DNA of 64,000 nucleotides from assembly GCA_044343155.1 (NCBI GenBank), contig JAVZSS010000001.1:6023-70022 (forward strand), read 5' to 3'. The first letter of the stretch is position 1; every line of letters begins with the position of its first letter. The notes beneath the pieces are model-generated. The model made no database searches. It saw nothing but the letters and a program-made list of their open reading frames with translations, and was not told the origin of the DNA. The position numbers were made by a program, and so were the translations under genes. This document shows positions 38,834 to 49,873 of the stretch, in pieces. Source of the stretch: Candidatus Aenigmatarchaeota archaeon (GTDB lineage Archaea > Aenigmatarchaeota > Aenigmatarchaeia > CG10238-14 > SpSt-28).

Positions 38834-39113
38834 AAAATCACAAGGTTTTAGAGTAAAAACAAGAAAGAAACTTGAAAGAGAAGCAAGGTATAGAACACCA
38901 ATAACTAAATTTTTACAAGAATTTAATATTGGAGATAAAGTTGCAATAGTTCAGGAACCTAGTAGCTTTAAAGGTATGCCTTTTTCTAGATTCAGAGGCC
39001 TAGTTGGAGAAATAATTGAAAAAAGAGGTAGGGCTTATGTCGTCAAAATTAAAGTTGGAAATAAGATTAAGAAAGTTATTTCTAATCCGGAACATCTAAA
39101 ACCAATAGCTTAA
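38826..39113 (+). CDS. rpl21e: 50S ribosomal protein L21e
   Basis: MVKKSQGFRVKTRKKL..GDKVAIV typical L21e; start at internal ATG 38826. Confidence 0.85.
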   Translation: MVKKSQGFRVKTRKKLEREARYRTPITKFLQEFNIGDKVAIVQEPSSFKGMPFSRFRGLVGEIIEKRGRAYVVKIKVGNKIKKVISNPEHLKPIA

Positions 39114-39138
39114 AAATAGATAAAACAATAATTTTTTA

Positions 39139-39459
39139 ATGGAAGTTTTAGAAGAAAAGTCAATAACGCTATCTGAAGCGAAAGAAATTTTGGAAAAAAA
39201 GAAAGACGATAAAAGGTATGAAATAGTCAATGCCTTAGAATACTTAAGAAAATTTAGTTCTCTTTCTTCTGAAGATGTTGAAAAACTAAAAAAAGAACTG
39301 GCTAATATTTCTAAATTAAGTGAAGAAGAAATAGTAAAGATATGTGACTTTCTTCCAAAAACAAAAGATGAAATAAGAGTAATATTATATAAAAGTTATA
39401 ACAAGTTTGAAGAAAAGGAAATTGAGAAGATAATTGAGATTGTAAAAAAATTTGCATAA
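39139..39459 (+). CDS. rpoF: DNA-directed RNA polymerase subunit Rpo4 (F)
   Basis: 106 aa; ITLSEAKEILEKK N-terminus; conserved L21e-rpoF-DUF655 gene order. Confidence 0.65.
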   Translation: MEVLEEKSITLSEAKEILEKKKDDKRYEIVNALEYLRKFSSLSSEDVEKLKKELANISKLSEEEIVKICDFLPKTKDEIRVILYKSYNKFEEKEIEKIIEIVKKFA

Positions 39460-39463
39460 ATAG

Positions 39464-40012
39464 GTGATATTTATGCCAAAAGAAGAATATCTAATAGTAT
39501 TAGACTTTCTACCGCAGGGAAAACCAATAGATAAAAAGCCGGAGCCTATAGCTCAAGGTATTGGAGAGAGGTATTTTTCATTATTAGAGGTTGTTATTAA
39601 AAAAGGTTGTTTCGTTAAACCCAAAGATAGAATTTATATTGGTAGTGGAAAAAGGGATGTAGTAGAATACATAAAAAGAAAAATTAAATATGATGACTTA
39701 ACTAGCATTGCAAAAAATATCTTAGAAGAAGTTATTCATGAAATAGTAGAAAAAGATGAAAAGAGATTTGTGAATATAATAAATACAGCTCCACCTTTAA
39801 GTGCTAGAATGCACTCTTTAGAGCTCTTACCTGGAATAGGTAAAAAACATTTATTCGCTATACTGCAAGAAAGAAAAAAGAAACCTTTCGAAAGTTTTGA
39901 AGATATTAAAAAAAGGGTTGAAATGATACCAGATCCTAAAAAAATGATAGAAAAAAGAATTTTGTCCGAAATTAAAAACGAAGATAGGCATAGACTTTTT
40001 GTTTTAGAATAG
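39464..40012 (+). CDS. DUF655-family HhH protein
   Basis: 182 aa; KEEYLIVLDFLPQGK N-terminus and LELLPGIGKKHLFAIL HhH. Confidence 0.7.
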   Translation: MIFMPKEEYLIVLDFLPQGKPIDKKPEPIAQGIGERYFSLLEVVIKKGCFVKPKDRIYIGSGKRDVVEYIKRKIKYDDLTSIAKNILEEVIHEIVEKDEKRFVNIINTAPPLSARMHSLELLPGIGKKHLFAILQERKKKPFESFEDIKKRVEMIPDPKKMIEKRILSEIKNEDRHRLFVLE

Positions 40013-40017
40013 AATAA

Positions 40018-40131
40018 TAGCCCCGGGCGGATTCGAACCGCCGTCCCCGGGTTTCTTTCTCATCCTAAACCTCAAAGCTTTAGTCTTTTGAGACCAAAGC
40101 CCGGTATCCTTGGCCGCTAGACGACGGGGCT
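40018..40131 (-). tRNA. tRNA-Gln (anticodon TTG) with about 41-nt intron
   Basis: Acceptor AGCCCCG/CGGGGCU, T-arm GGCGG-UUCGAAU-CCGCC, anticodon stem CCGGG/CCCGG enclosing CUUUGG + intron (CAAAAG..CUUUGAG can pair with the anticodon region). Confidence 0.75.
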
Positions 40132-40156
40132 ATATATTTAATATAAGCATAAGTTT

Positions 40157-40576
40157 TTAAGAAAATGCAATATGCATTATTCCATTTGTTATTCTTCCTA
40201 TCCTAGATAATTGTTCTGTGGGGTGTGCTCTAGAGTATAAGACTAAACTATATATTCCATCGGAAACATTCCAAATAAATGGTATTATAGGTGAAATTAC
40301 CCCACTTAAATTAGCAACTATTCTTCCGAATCTTATAAATTGGTATGGGAAAAGTTTTTCTTCTTTATACATTTTGTAAGAAATATATCCATCTATAATC
40401 CCCCAAGAAATTAAGAAGGCCTTAATCCAACCAACGAAAGAAATCAAAATCTTTAGAAATAGGCCACATATTAAAATGAAAGGAAGACTTAAAGAAGAAT
40501 AAATTCTCTCTTTTAGTTTTTTAATCCTATCAGAATTAAATCTCTCAAAGAGTTTAAAAAAGTTATCAACTATCAT
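40157..40576 (-). CDS. Hypothetical membrane protein
   Basis: 139 aa, 3-4 predicted TM helices. Confidence 0.35.
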   Translation of the reverse strand: MIVDNFFKLFERFNSDRIKKLKERIYSSLSLPFILICGLFLKILISFVGWIKAFLISWGIIDGYISYKMYKEEKLFPYQFIRFGRIVANLSGVISPIIPFIWNVSDGIYSLVLYSRAHPTEQLSRIGRITNGIMHIAFS

Positions 40577-40607
40577 CCAATATCTTAGACTTGAAAATTT
40601 AAAAATT

Positions 40608-41426
40608 TTAAATTAGAGATAAATAAACTAGTAAAGTTGGTAAGAATAAGAATGGTAAAGCTGGTAGTGGTTTCCCTTTCTTTCTTTTTGATACGAAAAA
40701 GAATACTAAAAAAATAACTACAGTATTTAGTATTGAAAGAAGCATAGAAACACCAATCCCTTTCTCCAATGAAGATACAACACTTAATCCTGGAAGAAAA
40801 TAGTCTCCTGAGCCTAGGGCTATAACTTTAATTTTCTTTATTTTACCTCTAAAACTAACTTTTCTTATTTTACTTGATGGGAAAACGGAGATAAAGGTTG
40901 ATGGATTTTCGACTAAATTCTCCGCCATATAGACCATATGCTTGGTTAAAAATACAGATAATATATCATAAATAGAAAGAAGGAAAAACAAAACCAATAC
41001 TACTTCAAATGACAAAGAAGATCCTATTAAAGCGCTCGCAGAACTTATAGAAAGAAAAATTATAATATTTTTCAACAAATAACTCTTCCTAATTTCAGAA
41101 ATAGCTATTAAAATAAAAGAAAAAAGAAATGATACAAATGCTGGTAAAAAGAAAGAAAATGTGGTTGTTGTTAATAAAAAAGCTGCTAAGTTTTCTATAA
41201 TTTTCAAAACAAAAATTCTAGTTCTTATTAACAAAATAACAAGGATTGTAGAAAAAAGAACTATTGAAATGATTAATACTACATTTTTATAATCTTTTGG
41301 AGATGGGAAAAGTGGCTCAATTTCTCCCCTTAAAATTGCTTCCCTCGTTAGAATTCCTAAGTACATAGAAAAAAACATTACTGAAAGAAAAAATAAAGAA
41401 ACCAAAATTATTTCTTTATCAACCAT
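40608..41426 (-). CDS. Presenilin/signal-peptide-peptidase-like intramembrane aspartyl protease (A22 family homolog)
   Basis: 272 aa polytopic; ordered YD (LSIYDILSV), GxGD (LGSGDYFLPGL) and PAL (LPALPFLF) motifs. Confidence 0.6.
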   Translation of the reverse strand: MVDKEIILVSLFFLSVMFFSMYLGILTREAILRGEIEPLFPSPKDYKNVVLIISIVLFSTILVILLIRTRIFVLKIIENLAAFLLTTTTFSFFLPAFVSFLFSFILIAISEIRKSYLLKNIIIFLSISSASALIGSSLSFEVVLVLFFLLSIYDILSVFLTKHMVYMAENLVENPSTFISVFPSSKIRKVSFRGKIKKIKVIALGSGDYFLPGLSVVSSLEKGIGVSMLLSILNTVVIFLVFFFVSKRKKGKPLPALPFLFLPTLLVYLSLI

Positions 41427-41467
41427 TATATTGCTTTAACTTAAATAATTATAAGTTAAATAATAGG

Positions 41468-41884
41468 ATGATATTGGGATATACGTTTGAAGAAATTGAA
41501 GGAAAAAGAGCTGAGATTTCTGGTAAAGTGGATATAAATTCAACTATAGACATAAAGGATGTAAAAGAAATAGAAATAGAAATAGGAGAAAAGAAAAAAG
41601 TTGTTGAAATAAGTTTTGAATTTAAAGTTGAATATAAACCATCTGATGGAAAAATAACATTTAAAGGAAATATTCTATATTATTCAAAAAATAATAAAGA
41701 AGTTATAAAAGAGTGGGAAAAAAATAGAAGATTGCCTGAAGATATAGATATTGAAGTAAAGAACTTCCTATTGAAAAAATGTCTTACTTTTGCTTTAAGT
41801 ATAGCTGAAGAAATAAGAATGCCTTCACCAATACCATTTCCAATGATTGTTAAAAAGAAAGAAGATAAAAGCTATATTGGATAA
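41468..41884 (+). CDS. Hypothetical protein
   Basis: 138 aa ORF. Confidence 0.35.
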   Translation: MILGYTFEEIEGKRAEISGKVDINSTIDIKDVKEIEIEIGEKKKVVEISFEFKVEYKPSDGKITFKGNILYYSKNNKEVIKEWEKNRRLPEDIDIEVKNFLLKKCLTFALSIAEEIRMPSPIPFPMIVKKKEDKSYIG

Positions 41885-41887
41885 AAG

Positions 41888-42361
41888 ATGATTTTTATGC
41901 TTAACATTATTAAAACACTTGGATATTTTGGTATTTTTTTAATTAGTTTAATTTCTACCTCTACTATTTTTTTACCATTCCCACTTTACTTGTTAATAAC
42001 GACAGCAACAGCCTTAGGAATGAACCCAATTTTAGTTTCTGTTGTTTCCGCTTTAGGAATGAGTTTAGGTGAATTTACTAGCTATTTTATTGGATTGGGA
42101 AGCAGGTCGATAATTGAAAAAAAGCATAAAAAGACTATTAAAATTTTTGAAAATTTTTTCAAAAAGTATGGAATTGCTGCCGTAAGTATATTTGCTTTTC
42201 TTCCTTTTCCTTTCGATGTAATAGGAATTATGGCCGGTATAGGAAAACAAGATATAAAAAAATTCTTCATAGCGACTTTTATAGGAAAATTCTTTAAAGC
42301 TCTCTTTCTTTCCTATGCGGGATACTTAATGTCTAAGATATTGTGGCAATTTTATTTTTAA
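41888..42361 (+). CDS. Small DedA/YqaA-like membrane protein
   Basis: 157 aa, 4 TM; Gly-rich re-entrant-like segments. Confidence 0.4.
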   Translation: MIFMLNIIKTLGYFGIFLISLISTSTIFLPFPLYLLITTATALGMNPILVSVVSALGMSLGEFTSYFIGLGSRSIIEKKHKKTIKIFENFFKKYGIAAVSIFAFLPFPFDVIGIMAGIGKQDIKKFFIATFIGKFFKALFLSYAGYLMSKILWQFYF

Positions 42362-42366
42362 TATAA

Positions 42367-43644
42367 TTGACAAATATTTTTATGCCATCCATAACATTTT
42401 GTTTTCAAGTACATCAACCAATAAGAATTACAAATTTTCAATCCAATGGTTTCTTAAAGAATTCCGACCTTTATCAAGCCTATTTTAACCATGGCTTAAA
42501 CAAATGGATTTTTGAGAGAGTAGCAAATAAATGTTATTTACCAACAAATAGGATATTATTAGAAATTTTGGATAATTTAAAGCATGAAAAGAAAAAGTTT
42601 AAGATTGCTTTTAGCTTGACAGGCACTTTTGTTGAAAGCGCAGAAAAATATAATAAGGACGTTTTATCAACTTTTAAACAATTAGCAGAAAAATCTGAAG
42701 TTGAATTTTTAGGCGAAACATACTATCATTCTTTAGCTAGTTTATATGATAGTGAAGACGAATTTATAGAACAAATTGAAATGCACAAACAAATGCTTAA
42801 AGATTATTTTGGAATTACTCCAAAAGTTTTTGTTAATACTGAAATGATTTACAATAATAGAATAGCTAAAATAGTAGAAAACTTAGGATTTAAAGCAATT
42901 TATACGGAAGGTGCAGAAAGAATACTAGAGTGGAGAAGTCCAAACTATGTTTACGTTAGAAAGTACTGCTTTCCGGATGATCCCCCTCCAAATAAGAGAA
43001 TAAGAGTTTTGCTTAGAAATTATAGATTAAGTGATGATATTGGATATAGATTTTCTGCTAGAAATTGGGATCAGTGGCCCCTAACTGCTGAAAAATATAC
43101 CGCTTGGCTTAGTGCAACTCCAGGGCAAGTAATAAATATTTTTATGGATTACGAAACCTTTGGAGAACATCAGCCAGAAGATAGTGGAATATTTTGGTTT
43201 TTAAAGGCTTTACCATATATGATACTAAAAGATCCTAACCTAGAGGTTTTAAAACCAAGTGAAATTATAGAAAAATATCAACCAATTGGGGAGATAGATG
43301 TTTTTGAATTTTCTACAGTTTCTTGGGCCGATATGGAAAGAGACGTTTCCGCATGGCTGGGAAATAAAATGCAACAAATTTCTTTTAACGAGATAAAAAA
43401 TTTAGAAAAGCTAGTAAAGCAAGCAAAAAATCCTGATTTGATTAAGATTTGGCGATTATTACAACAAAGTGACCATTATTACTACATTTGCAATAAATGG
43501 TGGAGTGATGGAGATGTACACAAATATTTTAGCATTTTTGGTACTCCTGAAGAAGCTTTTGCTAATTTCATGAATATTATTTCAGATTTTAAAACAAGAA
43601 TTTTAATAGAGGTAGAAAAAAATAAGGAGGGTTTAAATAAATGA
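42367..43644 (+). CDS. Glycoside hydrolase family 57 protein (alpha-amylase / alpha-glucanotransferase-like)
   Basis: 425 aa; N-terminal CFQVHQP (GH57 HQP block). Confidence 0.65.
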   Translation: MTNIFMPSITFCFQVHQPIRITNFQSNGFLKNSDLYQAYFNHGLNKWIFERVANKCYLPTNRILLEILDNLKHEKKKFKIAFSLTGTFVESAEKYNKDVLSTFKQLAEKSEVEFLGETYYHSLASLYDSEDEFIEQIEMHKQMLKDYFGITPKVFVNTEMIYNNRIAKIVENLGFKAIYTEGAERILEWRSPNYVYVRKYCFPDDPPPNKRIRVLLRNYRLSDDIGYRFSARNWDQWPLTAEKYTAWLSATPGQVINIFMDYETFGEHQPEDSGIFWFLKALPYMILKDPNLEVLKPSEIIEKYQPIGEIDVFEFSTVSWADMERDVSAWLGNKMQQISFNEIKNLEKLVKQAKNPDLIKIWRLLQQSDHYYYICNKWWSDGDVHKYFSIFGTPEEAFANFMNIISDFKTRILIEVEKNKEGLNK

Positions 43645-44576
43645 AAGCAATAGTCGCTGGCTCTCTTGTAATGGATATTGTCATATATCCAACAAAAGAT
43701 TTTAAACTCGTAAAAGATTTTATTGCAATTCCTTTTGACCATAAAATTCAAGTAAGTAAGATTTTTATTGAAGCTGGTGGTTCTGGTTATAATGTTGCTT
43801 CTACACTTACTAATTTTGGAAACAAAGTAGATTTGTTTGGTGCCGTAGGAAAAGATACATATGGCCAAATAATATTGAAATCCATGAAAAAAAATAAAAT
43901 TAGTTTAGATTGTATAAAAACTATAACAAATGACCTCACAGGTTTTTCTTTAATATTTTTATATGAAGGAGAAAAAACGATTGTAACCTATAGAGGTGCT
44001 AACAACCACCTTTCTGAAGAAGATTTAATCGAAAGCAAATTTAGAAATAGCAATATATTTATATTTACAAGTATGGTAAGCAATCAAAATGTGAAATTTA
44101 TAGACAAAGCAATATCTATAAGCAAAAAGTATGGACTTAAGATATTTTGCAATCCGAGTATTGCCATGGTTGAATATCAAAAAGAAAAATTAAAAGAATT
44201 CATAAAAAATTGTGATTTTGTTATAATGAATAAAAAAGAAGCGTTAAAATTAACTAAAACAAATAACTTGAAAGCTTCTATTTCTAAGTTAAAAAAGATG
44301 TGTAATGGAATACCTATAATAACTGCAGGTAAACTTGGTTGTTTTGCTTATGATAAAAAAATAAAAAATTTTAGAGCTTATGATGTTGAAGTTATAGACA
44401 CCACAGGAGCCGGAGACACCTTTACTGGAGCATTTATTCATACATTTTATCTAACAGAAGATTTAGAATATTCATTAAGATTTGCCAATGCTGCAGCTGC
44501 TATAAAAATAAGTAGTCATAACAGAAAAATTCCTAGCGAAAAAGAGGTTGTAAAATTTATGGAGGAAAAATCATGA
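43641..44576 (+). CDS. PfkB-family sugar/nucleoside kinase
   Basis: 311 aa; GAGDTFTGAFI anion-hole motif; overlaps neighbours by 4 nt (operon with aldolase, TIM). Confidence 0.75.
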   Translation: MKAIVAGSLVMDIVIYPTKDFKLVKDFIAIPFDHKIQVSKIFIEAGGSGYNVASTLTNFGNKVDLFGAVGKDTYGQIILKSMKKNKISLDCIKTITNDLTGFSLIFLYEGEKTIVTYRGANNHLSEEDLIESKFRNSNIFIFTSMVSNQNVKFIDKAISISKKYGLKIFCNPSIAMVEYQKEKLKEFIKNCDFVIMNKKEALKLTKTNNLKASISKLKKMCNGIPIITAGKLGCFAYDKKIKNFRAYDVEVIDTTGAGDTFTGAFIHTFYLTEDLEYSLRFANAAAAIKISSHNRKIPSEKEVVKFMEEKS

Positions 44577-45343
44577 TATTTTCATCTAAAGAAAAAAATT
44601 TAAAAAAAGTCTTAAAAGATGGAAAAGCCTTAATATTGGCATTTGACCATGCTGTAGAGCATGGACCACAAGAATATGAAGGAGTTGATCTTTCTCCTCA
44701 AAGAATAGGAAAAATTGCATATGAAGGTAAGGTTGATGGTTTAATAGTTCATATTGGGGTTGCAAAAATTGTGAAAAAATTATATCCAAAGGTACCTCTA
44801 ATAATAAAGCTAACCGCAAGAAATGAATTATTAGATAGTAGAATTCAGTTACAAGAAATTGTGACTAAAGTCAAGGAAGCAAAAAATGTTGGGGCTGTTG
44901 GAGTAGCTTATACAATTTATTTTGGATCTGATTTTGAAAATCAAATGATTAGAACATTTTCTGAAATAAAAGAAGAAGCCAATAAATATAAAATGCCAAT
45001 ATTCGGTTTTGCTTATCCTCGAAGTAATAAATTTAAATCGAAGTATGATCCTATTGCTGTTAGGTATGCTGCTAGAGTTGGTGCTGAAATAGGATTCGAT
45101 GTTGTTAAAACATATTACACTGGTGATAAAGAAAGTTTTTCCAAGGTTGTTAAAGATTGCTTTGTTCCAATATTAGTTGCAGGCGGTCCAAAAATAGAAG
45201 AGGAAAGGGAATTTATAAAAATTGTAGAAGATGTGATGAGTGTTGGTGCTGCTGGTATTGCTGTAGGTAGAAACGTTTGGGAAAGAAATGACGAAGAAGC
45301 TCTAAAGATATTAGAAGATTTAAGGAGGATAATCCACAAATGA
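44573..45343 (+). CDS. fbaB: Class I fructose-bisphosphate aldolase, archaeal type (DhnA family)
   Basis: 256 aa; LILAFDHAVEHGP N-terminus; operon context with PfkB kinase and TIM (ADH synthase paralog not excluded). Confidence 0.65.
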   Translation: MIFSSKEKNLKKVLKDGKALILAFDHAVEHGPQEYEGVDLSPQRIGKIAYEGKVDGLIVHIGVAKIVKKLYPKVPLIIKLTARNELLDSRIQLQEIVTKVKEAKNVGAVGVAYTIYFGSDFENQMIRTFSEIKEEANKYKMPIFGFAYPRSNKFKSKYDPIAVRYAARVGAEIGFDVVKTYYTGDKESFSKVVKDCFVPILVAGGPKIEEEREFIKIVEDVMSVGAAGIAVGRNVWERNDEEALKILEDLRRIIHK

Positions 45344-45996
45344 TAATAATTAATTTTAAAAATTATAAAGAGGCCTTAGGAAAAAATGCCTTGAAAATTT
45401 GTAGAATTATTGAAGATGTTTGCAAAAAAAGTAGAATTAAAATTTTTGTAGCTCCGCAATATACAGACATTCCATTAATTTCTAGAAATTTCTCTTTTCC
45501 TGTATTAGCTCAGCATGTAGATGATGTTGAAGAAGGAAAATTTACAGGAAGTGTGTCAATTTTTTCTTTAAAAGAATATAATGTATTTGGTTCTCTTTTA
45601 AACCACTCCGAAAGAAAAATATCTATAGAAAAAATCAAAAGAACTATAAAATTGGCTAAAAAAAATAATCTTAAAATATTCGCTCTTGCATCATCACTAA
45701 AAGAAGCTAAAGAAATTTTAAAGTTTAAGCCATATTCTTTGGCATATGAACCACCAGAATTAATAGGAACCGGTAGAGCTGTTTCAAAAGAAAAACCAGA
45801 TATTCTAAAAAAATTTGTTGATTTGACAAAAAACAAAAAAGTTATTAAGCTTGCTGGAGCTGGCATTTCTAATGAAGAGGATGTTAAAAAGGCGTTAGAA
45901 ATTGGATGTGATGGTGTTCTAATATCATCAGCTTTTGTTTTTTCTAAAAATAAAAAAGAATTCTTAGAAAAGGTTATTTCCGCTTTTTATAGATAG
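45340..45996 (+). CDS. tpiA: Triosephosphate isomerase (archaeal short type)
   Basis: 218 aa; MIIINFKNYKEA, NHSERK, AYEPPELIGTG motifs. Confidence 0.85.
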   Translation: MIIINFKNYKEALGKNALKICRIIEDVCKKSRIKIFVAPQYTDIPLISRNFSFPVLAQHVDDVEEGKFTGSVSIFSLKEYNVFGSLLNHSERKISIEKIKRTIKLAKKNNLKIFALASSLKEAKEILKFKPYSLAYEPPELIGTGRAVSKEKPDILKKFVDLTKNKKVIKLAGAGISNEEDVKKALEIGCDGVLISSAFVFSKNKKEFLEKVISAFYR

Positions 45997-46031
45997 TCTC
46001 AATATTTTAAAATTTCAAAAAAATAAACATA

Positions 46032-47174
46032 ATGGATAAAGAAGAAATAATAAAATTAGTTGAAAAAGAACCTACAGAAGAAATATTAACAAAAGAAAGA
46101 TTGGCACAATATTTAGATGAAAAAAGAAAGATTAATCATTACATAGGCTTTGAAATTTCTGGCTTTGTTCATCTTGGAACTGGAATAATTTGCATGAGTA
46201 AAGTTGCAGATTTTCAAAAAGCAGGAATAAACACTACCATATTTTTAGCTGATTTTCATTCTTGGATAAATAAAAAGTTGGGTGGTGATTTATCTACAAT
46301 AAAAAAAGTCGCAGGTGGGTATTTCAAAGAAGCATTAAAGATTTCTTTAAAAATTGTTGGTGGTGACCCAGATAAATCTAAATTTGTTTTAGGCTCAGAT
46401 CATTATAAAGAGGTTGGTTTAGAATACTTTGAAACTGTGTTAAAAGTTTCTATGAATACTAATTTGTCTAGAATTAAAAGGTCACTAACAATTATGGGAA
46501 GAAAAGAAAGCGATTCTATAGATTTTGCCCAACTTATTTATCCGCCTATGCAAGTTGCAGATATTTTTTCTTTGAAAGTAAACTTAGCTCACGGTGGTAT
46601 GGACCAAAGAAAAGCACACGTAATAGCAATAGATGTGGGTGAAAAAGTTTCTGGCTACAAACCTATTGCTGTTCATCATCATTTACTAATTGGAATGCAA
46701 ATAGATGAAAAAATTAGAGAAAATATTTTATCTGCTAAAAAAGAAGGAAAGAGAGAACTTTTTGAAGAAAGTATAATAGATATAAAAATGTCGAAATCTA
46801 AGCCTGAAAGTGCAATTTTTATACATGATTCAGAGGAAGAAATAAAGAGAAAAATAAGTAAAGCTTTTTGTCCTCCAAAAGAAATAGAACTAAATCCAGT
46901 AATAGATATTGTTAGATATGTAATATTTCCTTGGATTTCTAGATTAGAAAAAAAATTCGAAATAGAAAATCTTAAAAGTGGAAAAATAAAAGAATATAGT
47001 AGTTTATCTGAATTAATAGATGATTATAAAAATGGTAATATTCATCCTCTAGATTTGAAAAACTCTACAACTAATTACCTAATAGAAATGCTTAAACCTG
47101 CTAGAGATTATTTCTTGTACGGAAGTGGGAAATCATATTTAGAAGAAATTCAAAATCTAAAAATAACTAGATAG
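46032..47174 (+). CDS. tyrS: Tyrosyl-tRNA synthetase
   Basis: 380 aa; class I HIGH-region [20 protein letters not shown], strong similarity to the archaeal TyrRS pattern ([20 protein letters not shown]). Confidence 0.75.
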   Translation: MDKEEIIKLVEKEPTEEILTKERLAQYLDEKRKINHYIGFEISGFVHLGTGIICMSKVADFQKAGINTTIFLADFHSWINKKLGGDLSTIKKVAGGYFKEALKISLKIVGGDPDKSKFVLGSDHYKEVGLEYFETVLKVSMNTNLSRIKRSLTIMGRKESDSIDFAQLIYPPMQVADIFSLKVNLAHGGMDQRKAHVIAIDVGEKVSGYKPIAVHHHLLIGMQIDEKIRENILSAKKEGKRELFEESIIDIKMSKSKPESAIFIHDSEEEIKRKISKAFCPPKEIELNPVIDIVRYVIFPWISRLEKKFEIENLKSGKIKEYSSLSELIDDYKNGNIHPLDLKNSTTNYLIEMLKPARDYFLYGSGKSYLEEIQNLKITR

Positions 47175-48453
47175 TTTTACTGACAAATTTTTTATAAGAA
47201 GTTTCTAAAGCCTTTATTCCTGGTAACTCTCCTTTAGATAAATAATCTATTAAAGCCCCTCCAGCTAAACTAACATAAGAAAATTTGTTTTCAGGTATTC
47301 CAAATAGTTCTAATGCAGTTGATGTATCTCCTCCGCCAATTAAAGAAAATGTTTTTAATTCTGCTATCTTTTCTAAAATTTCTCTAGTTGATTTTGCAAA
47401 TGGTGCTTTTTCGTACATTCCCAAAGGACCTTTAACAATTATATATTTTGAGGAAGATAAAATTTCCTTAAATTTTTCAACAGTCTTTTTTCCAACATCT
47501 AAAATCAAACCAGAAGATGGTATACTATTAACATCGTATTCAACTCTTTCTCCATTTTCTTCAATAGCAACATCTTCAGGAATTACTATCTGTTTTTTTC
47601 TTTCTTTTAACAACTCTTTTGCCCTATCTAAAAGATTTAAATATCCTAACTTTTCCAAAACTTTCAAATTATCTTGATTTATATCAATTCCACTAGCATA
47701 CAAAAATAGATTTCCAATTAAACCACCAAGTAAAACTTTCTTCATTTCTATTCCTTTTTGGCTTAAAATTCTTTCCATAACTTTTAAACAATCATCGACT
47801 TTTGCTCCACCTAAAACAAAAGTGTCCCATTTTAGTTGAAATCTTGGTAAGTCGTGAACATAAATGTTTCCTACAATTTTAAAATTGTCTCCTAGTGAAA
47901 AAAACGCCTTGCTTATTGATTTTAACTCTTTCTCCATAACTCTTCCAGCTATAGATGGTAAAACCGTAGAAAAACCTACTATACTTGCATGTGCCCTATG
48001 AGAAGCTGAAAAACCGTCCAATATAAAATAATCAGCAAATGGATATAATTCTCTAACTATTGTTGAATTAGCGTGTTCCTCTATGCTTTTTTCCTTAGTT
48101 TCATCATCTAAAAATCTAACATTATCTAACAAGATTGCTTCTCCTTCCTTAAGATTTTTAATCTTACTTTTAGCTTTTTCTCCAACTACATCATTAACAA
48201 ACTCTATTTTTTTATCCAAGTATTTATTTAGAAGATCAGCATGTTTATCTAGGCTTATAAAATCTTCATCTCCCTTTCTACCTTGATGTGCTAAGACAAC
48301 AACTTTTGCTCTTCTATCTTGAAGCTCTTTTATAGTTTTTGCATGAGCTTTAATTCTTGGAGAATCTATCAATCTTTTTGAATCTGAATCATAAGGAGAA
48401 TTTATATCAACTCTAATCAAAACTGTTTTTCCGCTAAAATCAAAGCAATCCAT
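47167..48453 (-). CDS. pgk: Phosphoglycerate kinase
   Basis: [18 protein letters not shown]-terminal motif; probable start at internal Met (ORF track 48510). Confidence 0.85.
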   Translation of the reverse strand: MDCFDFSGKTVLIRVDINSPYDSDSKRLIDSPRIKAHAKTIKELQDRRAKVVVLAHQGRKGDEDFISLDKHADLLNKYLDKKIEFVNDVVGEKAKSKIKNLKEGEAILLDNVRFLDDETKEKSIEEHANSTIVRELYPFADYFILDGFSASHRAHASIVGFSTVLPSIAGRVMEKELKSISKAFFSLGDNFKIVGNIYVHDLPRFQLKWDTFVLGGAKVDDCLKVMERILSQKGIEMKKVLLGGLIGNLFLYASGIDINQDNLKVLEKLGYLNLLDRAKELLKERKKQIVIPEDVAIEENGERVEYDVNSIPSSGLILDVGKKTVEKFKEILSSSKYIIVKGPLGMYEKAPFAKSTREILEKIAELKTFSLIGGGDTSTALELFGIPENKFSYVSLAGGALIDYLSKGELPGIKALETSYKKFVSKTI

Positions 48454-48512
48454 AGTAAAGAAATTCATTAAAAATTTTTGTTTAAAATAATTAAAAATCT
48501 TTATAATCATAT

Positions 48513-48624
48513 GCTGGGGTCGCCTAACCAGGTAGGGCGCCGGTCTTGAGTTATCAAGATCTGATGAAAATGAAGAAAACCGGTGGGCTTAACGCCCGTG
48601 TGGGTTCAAATCCCACCCCCAGCG
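48513..48624 (+). tRNA. tRNA-Ser (anticodon TGA) with about 27-nt intron
   Basis: 5' 31 nt and 3' T-arm/acceptor identical to the tRNA-Ser at 15240; anticodon stem CCGGU/ACCGG; loop CUUGAG + intron; long variable arm; G73. Confidence 0.8.
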
Positions 48625-48657
48625 ATATGTTTTTAAATCTATAAATCTTTACGATTT

Positions 48658-49839
48658 TTAAGAAGTCAATAATTTTCTTATTATTATTAAAAATGTCATT
48701 GAAAATGTTTGAGAAAAAACTATGAAAAATGTCAAATATGTTAAAGAAATTTCGTAAAGATAACCAATTAATGAAGAACCTATAAACAAAGATGCTCCTA
48801 AAATAAAAGAATAAATACCATATGCTATTCCTCTCTTTGAAATTGGAGAAACATCTGCAATGAAAGCTCTCATTATTGTTTCTTGCGTTCCAATAACGAA
48901 ACCATAAAGTAAAATTGCTATTATTATCAGGAATTTTGACTCAGAAAAAATAAAAAATGGTATCAATATGCTTAAGGATGGTATAATAAAAAGTAAATTT
49001 ACTTTATAGACTTTTTTTACTCTATCATAAATTTTACCTATAAATGGCGCTATTAGTGCATCAGAAAGCATAGCTAAAGAATACAAAAATACTATTATGT
49101 AATCTGGAAATATTTTATTTAACTTAAAATGATAACCTAAAATAGCAAAATTTATGAAGCCCAAAAAAGTGAAAAAGGAAAACAAAGTATAAAACCAAAA
49201 AATTTTTGTTAATCTTTCTTTTTTTACATTTTTCGAAACTTCTATTTTAATGTTTCGAGAGTAAGAGTAAGCCAAAAATAAAACAAAAATCAATATTATA
49301 AAGGGCAACGATAATATAGAGTAAGCAAATCTATAAATATTGATTTGGTTTTGAGAATAAACCAAAAACAAAAAACCTAATATAATTGGTCCTATTAAAG
49401 CTCCAACTTGATCTAACAGCTCTATTATACCAAAAGAAAATCCTATGTTTTTAGTTTTTTTAGTTAAAAAAGAAACAATAGTATCTCTAGCTGGACCTCT
49501 AATAGCTTTTCCTATTCTTTCAAATAGAATAAATATAAAAGCTACCTGCCAGGTTTTAGCCAAAGCAAGTAGTGGAATTGAAATTAAAAGAAAATAACCA
49601 AAAATTATGAAAAACCAATACTTTTTCGTTTTATCAGAAGCAAAACCGAATACGAATCTTAAAAAATTACTTAAAAGTTCTGTTAGTCCAGAAAAAAATC
49701 CTATAATAGAAGCTGAAGCGCCTAACAGAAGTAAATATTGGCCATTAATGCTTTTTGCACTCTCATAAATTAAATCTCCAAAAAGACTAACTAATCCAAA
49801 CATTATTATAAGCAATTGAATTTTTTTTATTTTCTCCAT
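48658..49839 (-). CDS. MFS-type transporter
   Basis: 393 aa, about 12 TM helices. Confidence 0.5.
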   Translation of the reverse strand: MEKIKKIQLLIIMFGLVSLFGDLIYESAKSINGQYLLLLGASASIIGFFSGLTELLSNFLRFVFGFASDKTKKYWFFIIFGYFLLISIPLLALAKTWQVAFIFILFERIGKAIRGPARDTIVSFLTKKTKNIGFSFGIIELLDQVGALIGPIILGFLFLVYSQNQINIYRFAYSILSLPFIILIFVLFLAYSYSRNIKIEVSKNVKKERLTKIFWFYTLFSFFTFLGFINFAILGYHFKLNKIFPDYIIVFLYSLAMLSDALIAPFIGKIYDRVKKVYKVNLLFIIPSLSILIPFFIFSESKFLIIIAILLYGFVIGTQETIMRAFIADVSPISKRGIAYGIYSFILGASLFIGSSLIGYLYEISLTYLTFFIVFSQTFSMTFLIIIRKLLTS

Positions 49840-49873
49840 CTATTTATTTTTTCTAATGTAATTTAAGATAAAA

